A stretch of DNA of 64,000 bases, from NCBI RefSeq assembly GCF_009914755.1, contig NC_060936.1, one strand, 5' to 3'. Positions 62,601-64,000 of the stretch are shown here, piece after piece (position 1 is the stretch's first letter; each line of letters starts with the position of its first letter). This stretch comes from the human T2T-CHM13v2.0 reference genome, Homo sapiens. Both the position numbers and the translations under genes were made by a program. The notes under the pieces are model-generated. The model made no database searches and was not told the origin of the DNA. It saw nothing but the letters and a program-made list of their open reading frames with translations.

Positions 62601-63181
62601 CCCAAAAAACTTGTCATCCCTACTATCTTCTGTCTAGTCATACTCCTATTCACCGTTCTCAACTACTCATATATGCCCTGCTCTTGTTTACACTGCCAGT
62701 TTACACTGTTTTTCCAGGCCATCACAGCTGATATCTCCTAGTGCTATCCCCAAACTTCCACTCTTAACTCTTGAAGTAAATAAATAATCTTTGCTGGCAG
62801 GACTATCCTGAATCTCCTTAGGCACTCTCTAATCAGATGTCCTGAGTCATCCCAATTCCTAGAACTTTTATACCTGTTTTTCTCCTTCTGTTATTCCATT
62901 TAGTTTCTCAATTCATCCAAAACCGTATCCAGGCCATCACCAATCATTCTATATGACAAATGTTTCTTCTAACATCCCCACAATATCACCCCTTACCATA
63001 AGACCTCCCTTCAGCTTAACCTCTCCCACTCTAGGTTCCCACGCCGCCCCTAATCCCGCTTGAAGCAGCCCTGAGAAACATAGCCCATTCTCTCTCCATA
63101 CCACCCCCCAAAAATTTTCGCCACCCCAACACTTCAACACTATTTTGTTTTATTTTTCTTATTAATATAAGAAGGCAGGAA

Positions 63182-63624
63182 TGTCAGGCCTCTGAGCCCA
63201 AGCCAAGCCATCTCATCCCCTGTGACAGGCCCACATGGCCTGAAGTAACTGAAGAATCACAAAAGAAGTGAATATGCCCTGCCCCACCTTAACTGATGAC
63301 ATTCCACCACAAAAGAAGTGTAAATGGCTGGTCCTTGCCTTAAGTGATGACATTACCTTGTGAAAGTCCTTTTCCTAGCTCATCCTGGCTCAAAAAGCAC
63401 CCCCACTGTGCACCTTGCAACCCCCACTCCTGCCCGCCAGAGAACAAACCCCCTTTGACTGTAATTTTCCTTTACCTATCCAAATCCTATAAAACAGCCC
63501 CACCCTTATCTCCCTTCGCTGACTCTCTTTTCAGACTCAGCCCACCTGCACCCAGGTGAAATGAACAGCTTTATTGCTCACACAAAGCCTGTTTGGTGGT
63601 CTCTTCACATGGATGTGCATGAAA
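63182..63624 (+). promoter_or_regulatory. 3' LTR7 with 10-bp U3 deletion and poly(A) signal mutated to AATGAA (63560-63565)
   Basis: Direct alignment to the 5' LTR: 11 substitutions and 1 indel; PPT aagaaggcaggaa immediately upstream. Confidence 0.92.
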
Positions 63625-64000
63625 CTAGCAACACATAAACTCTGGTTTAGAAGAAGTAAAAATGTACTGCTGATATGAGAGAATATGCTATATTTCATTT
63701 ATCATAATACATGTGGTAATAAGCTGTACAGATCTGCACAGCTAATCTACTTAATATAATTTTTTAGTCTTGAGAAACACAAATTGTTTTGCTCATCAGT
63801 TCAATTTCTAATCTATGTTTAAGTTCATTACATAAAATTCATGGATTTATACCAGCATTCTAAGCAAACAGAGTTTGTGGCATTGGAAAAAAAGGATTCT
63901 GTGATTGTTTAAGTGAATTATGTTATAAATGCAAAGAGAAGATAAAATATTTTTTAAAAAAATTTCTAAAATATATATCTATATATATTTTCCCTTTTTT

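Larger units (their letters stand above)
57549..63624 (+). mobile_element. HERV-H provirus (LTR7-int-LTR7), common internally deleted ~6-kb non-coding form
   Basis: Paired LTRs, 5-bp TSD CTAGC (57544-57548 / 63625-63629), tRNA-His PBS, gag zinc knuckle, pro/RT/IN relics and PPT. Confidence 0.98.

Noticed and set aside
62600-63160. HERV-H env gene
   Set aside because: Only ~0.55 kb remains between IN and the PPT; no env ORF.

Overview
Human-lineage genomic DNA (an AluYb8 copy is present), AT-rich and mostly transposable-element relics. I found no host protein-coding gene, rRNA/tRNA gene or CRISPR array that I can support; nearly all ORFs in the track come from Alu, L1, MaLR or HERV-H. Main content from left to right: a decayed hAT-Tip100 (Zaphod-like) transposase fossil (~35-1785); old LTRs; a nested L1 cluster (7.7-21.7 kb) containing a 7.2-kb TSD-flanked composite insertion (old L1PA 5'UTR/ORF1/partial ORF2 + inverted L1M piece + non-L1 tail); a complete THE1D MaLR element (30058-32360); an AluYb8; a 5'-inverted L1PA3/4 sharing its target site with an AluSc; MER4-group LTRs; an L1MC; and a complete HERV-H provirus with LTR7 LTRs (57549-63624, TSD CTAGC). 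The most notable points are: the HERV-H has an apparently intact 5' promoter but a mutated 3' poly(A) signal, plus a 217-bp identical tract shared by its LTRs; the probable ancient L1 3' transduction has a palindromic junction; there are two local templated insertions; and an L1 carries a 50-bp transversion-rich mutation cluster. Subfamily names rest on recalled consensus features, not on a database search, and boundaries of old elements are approximate.
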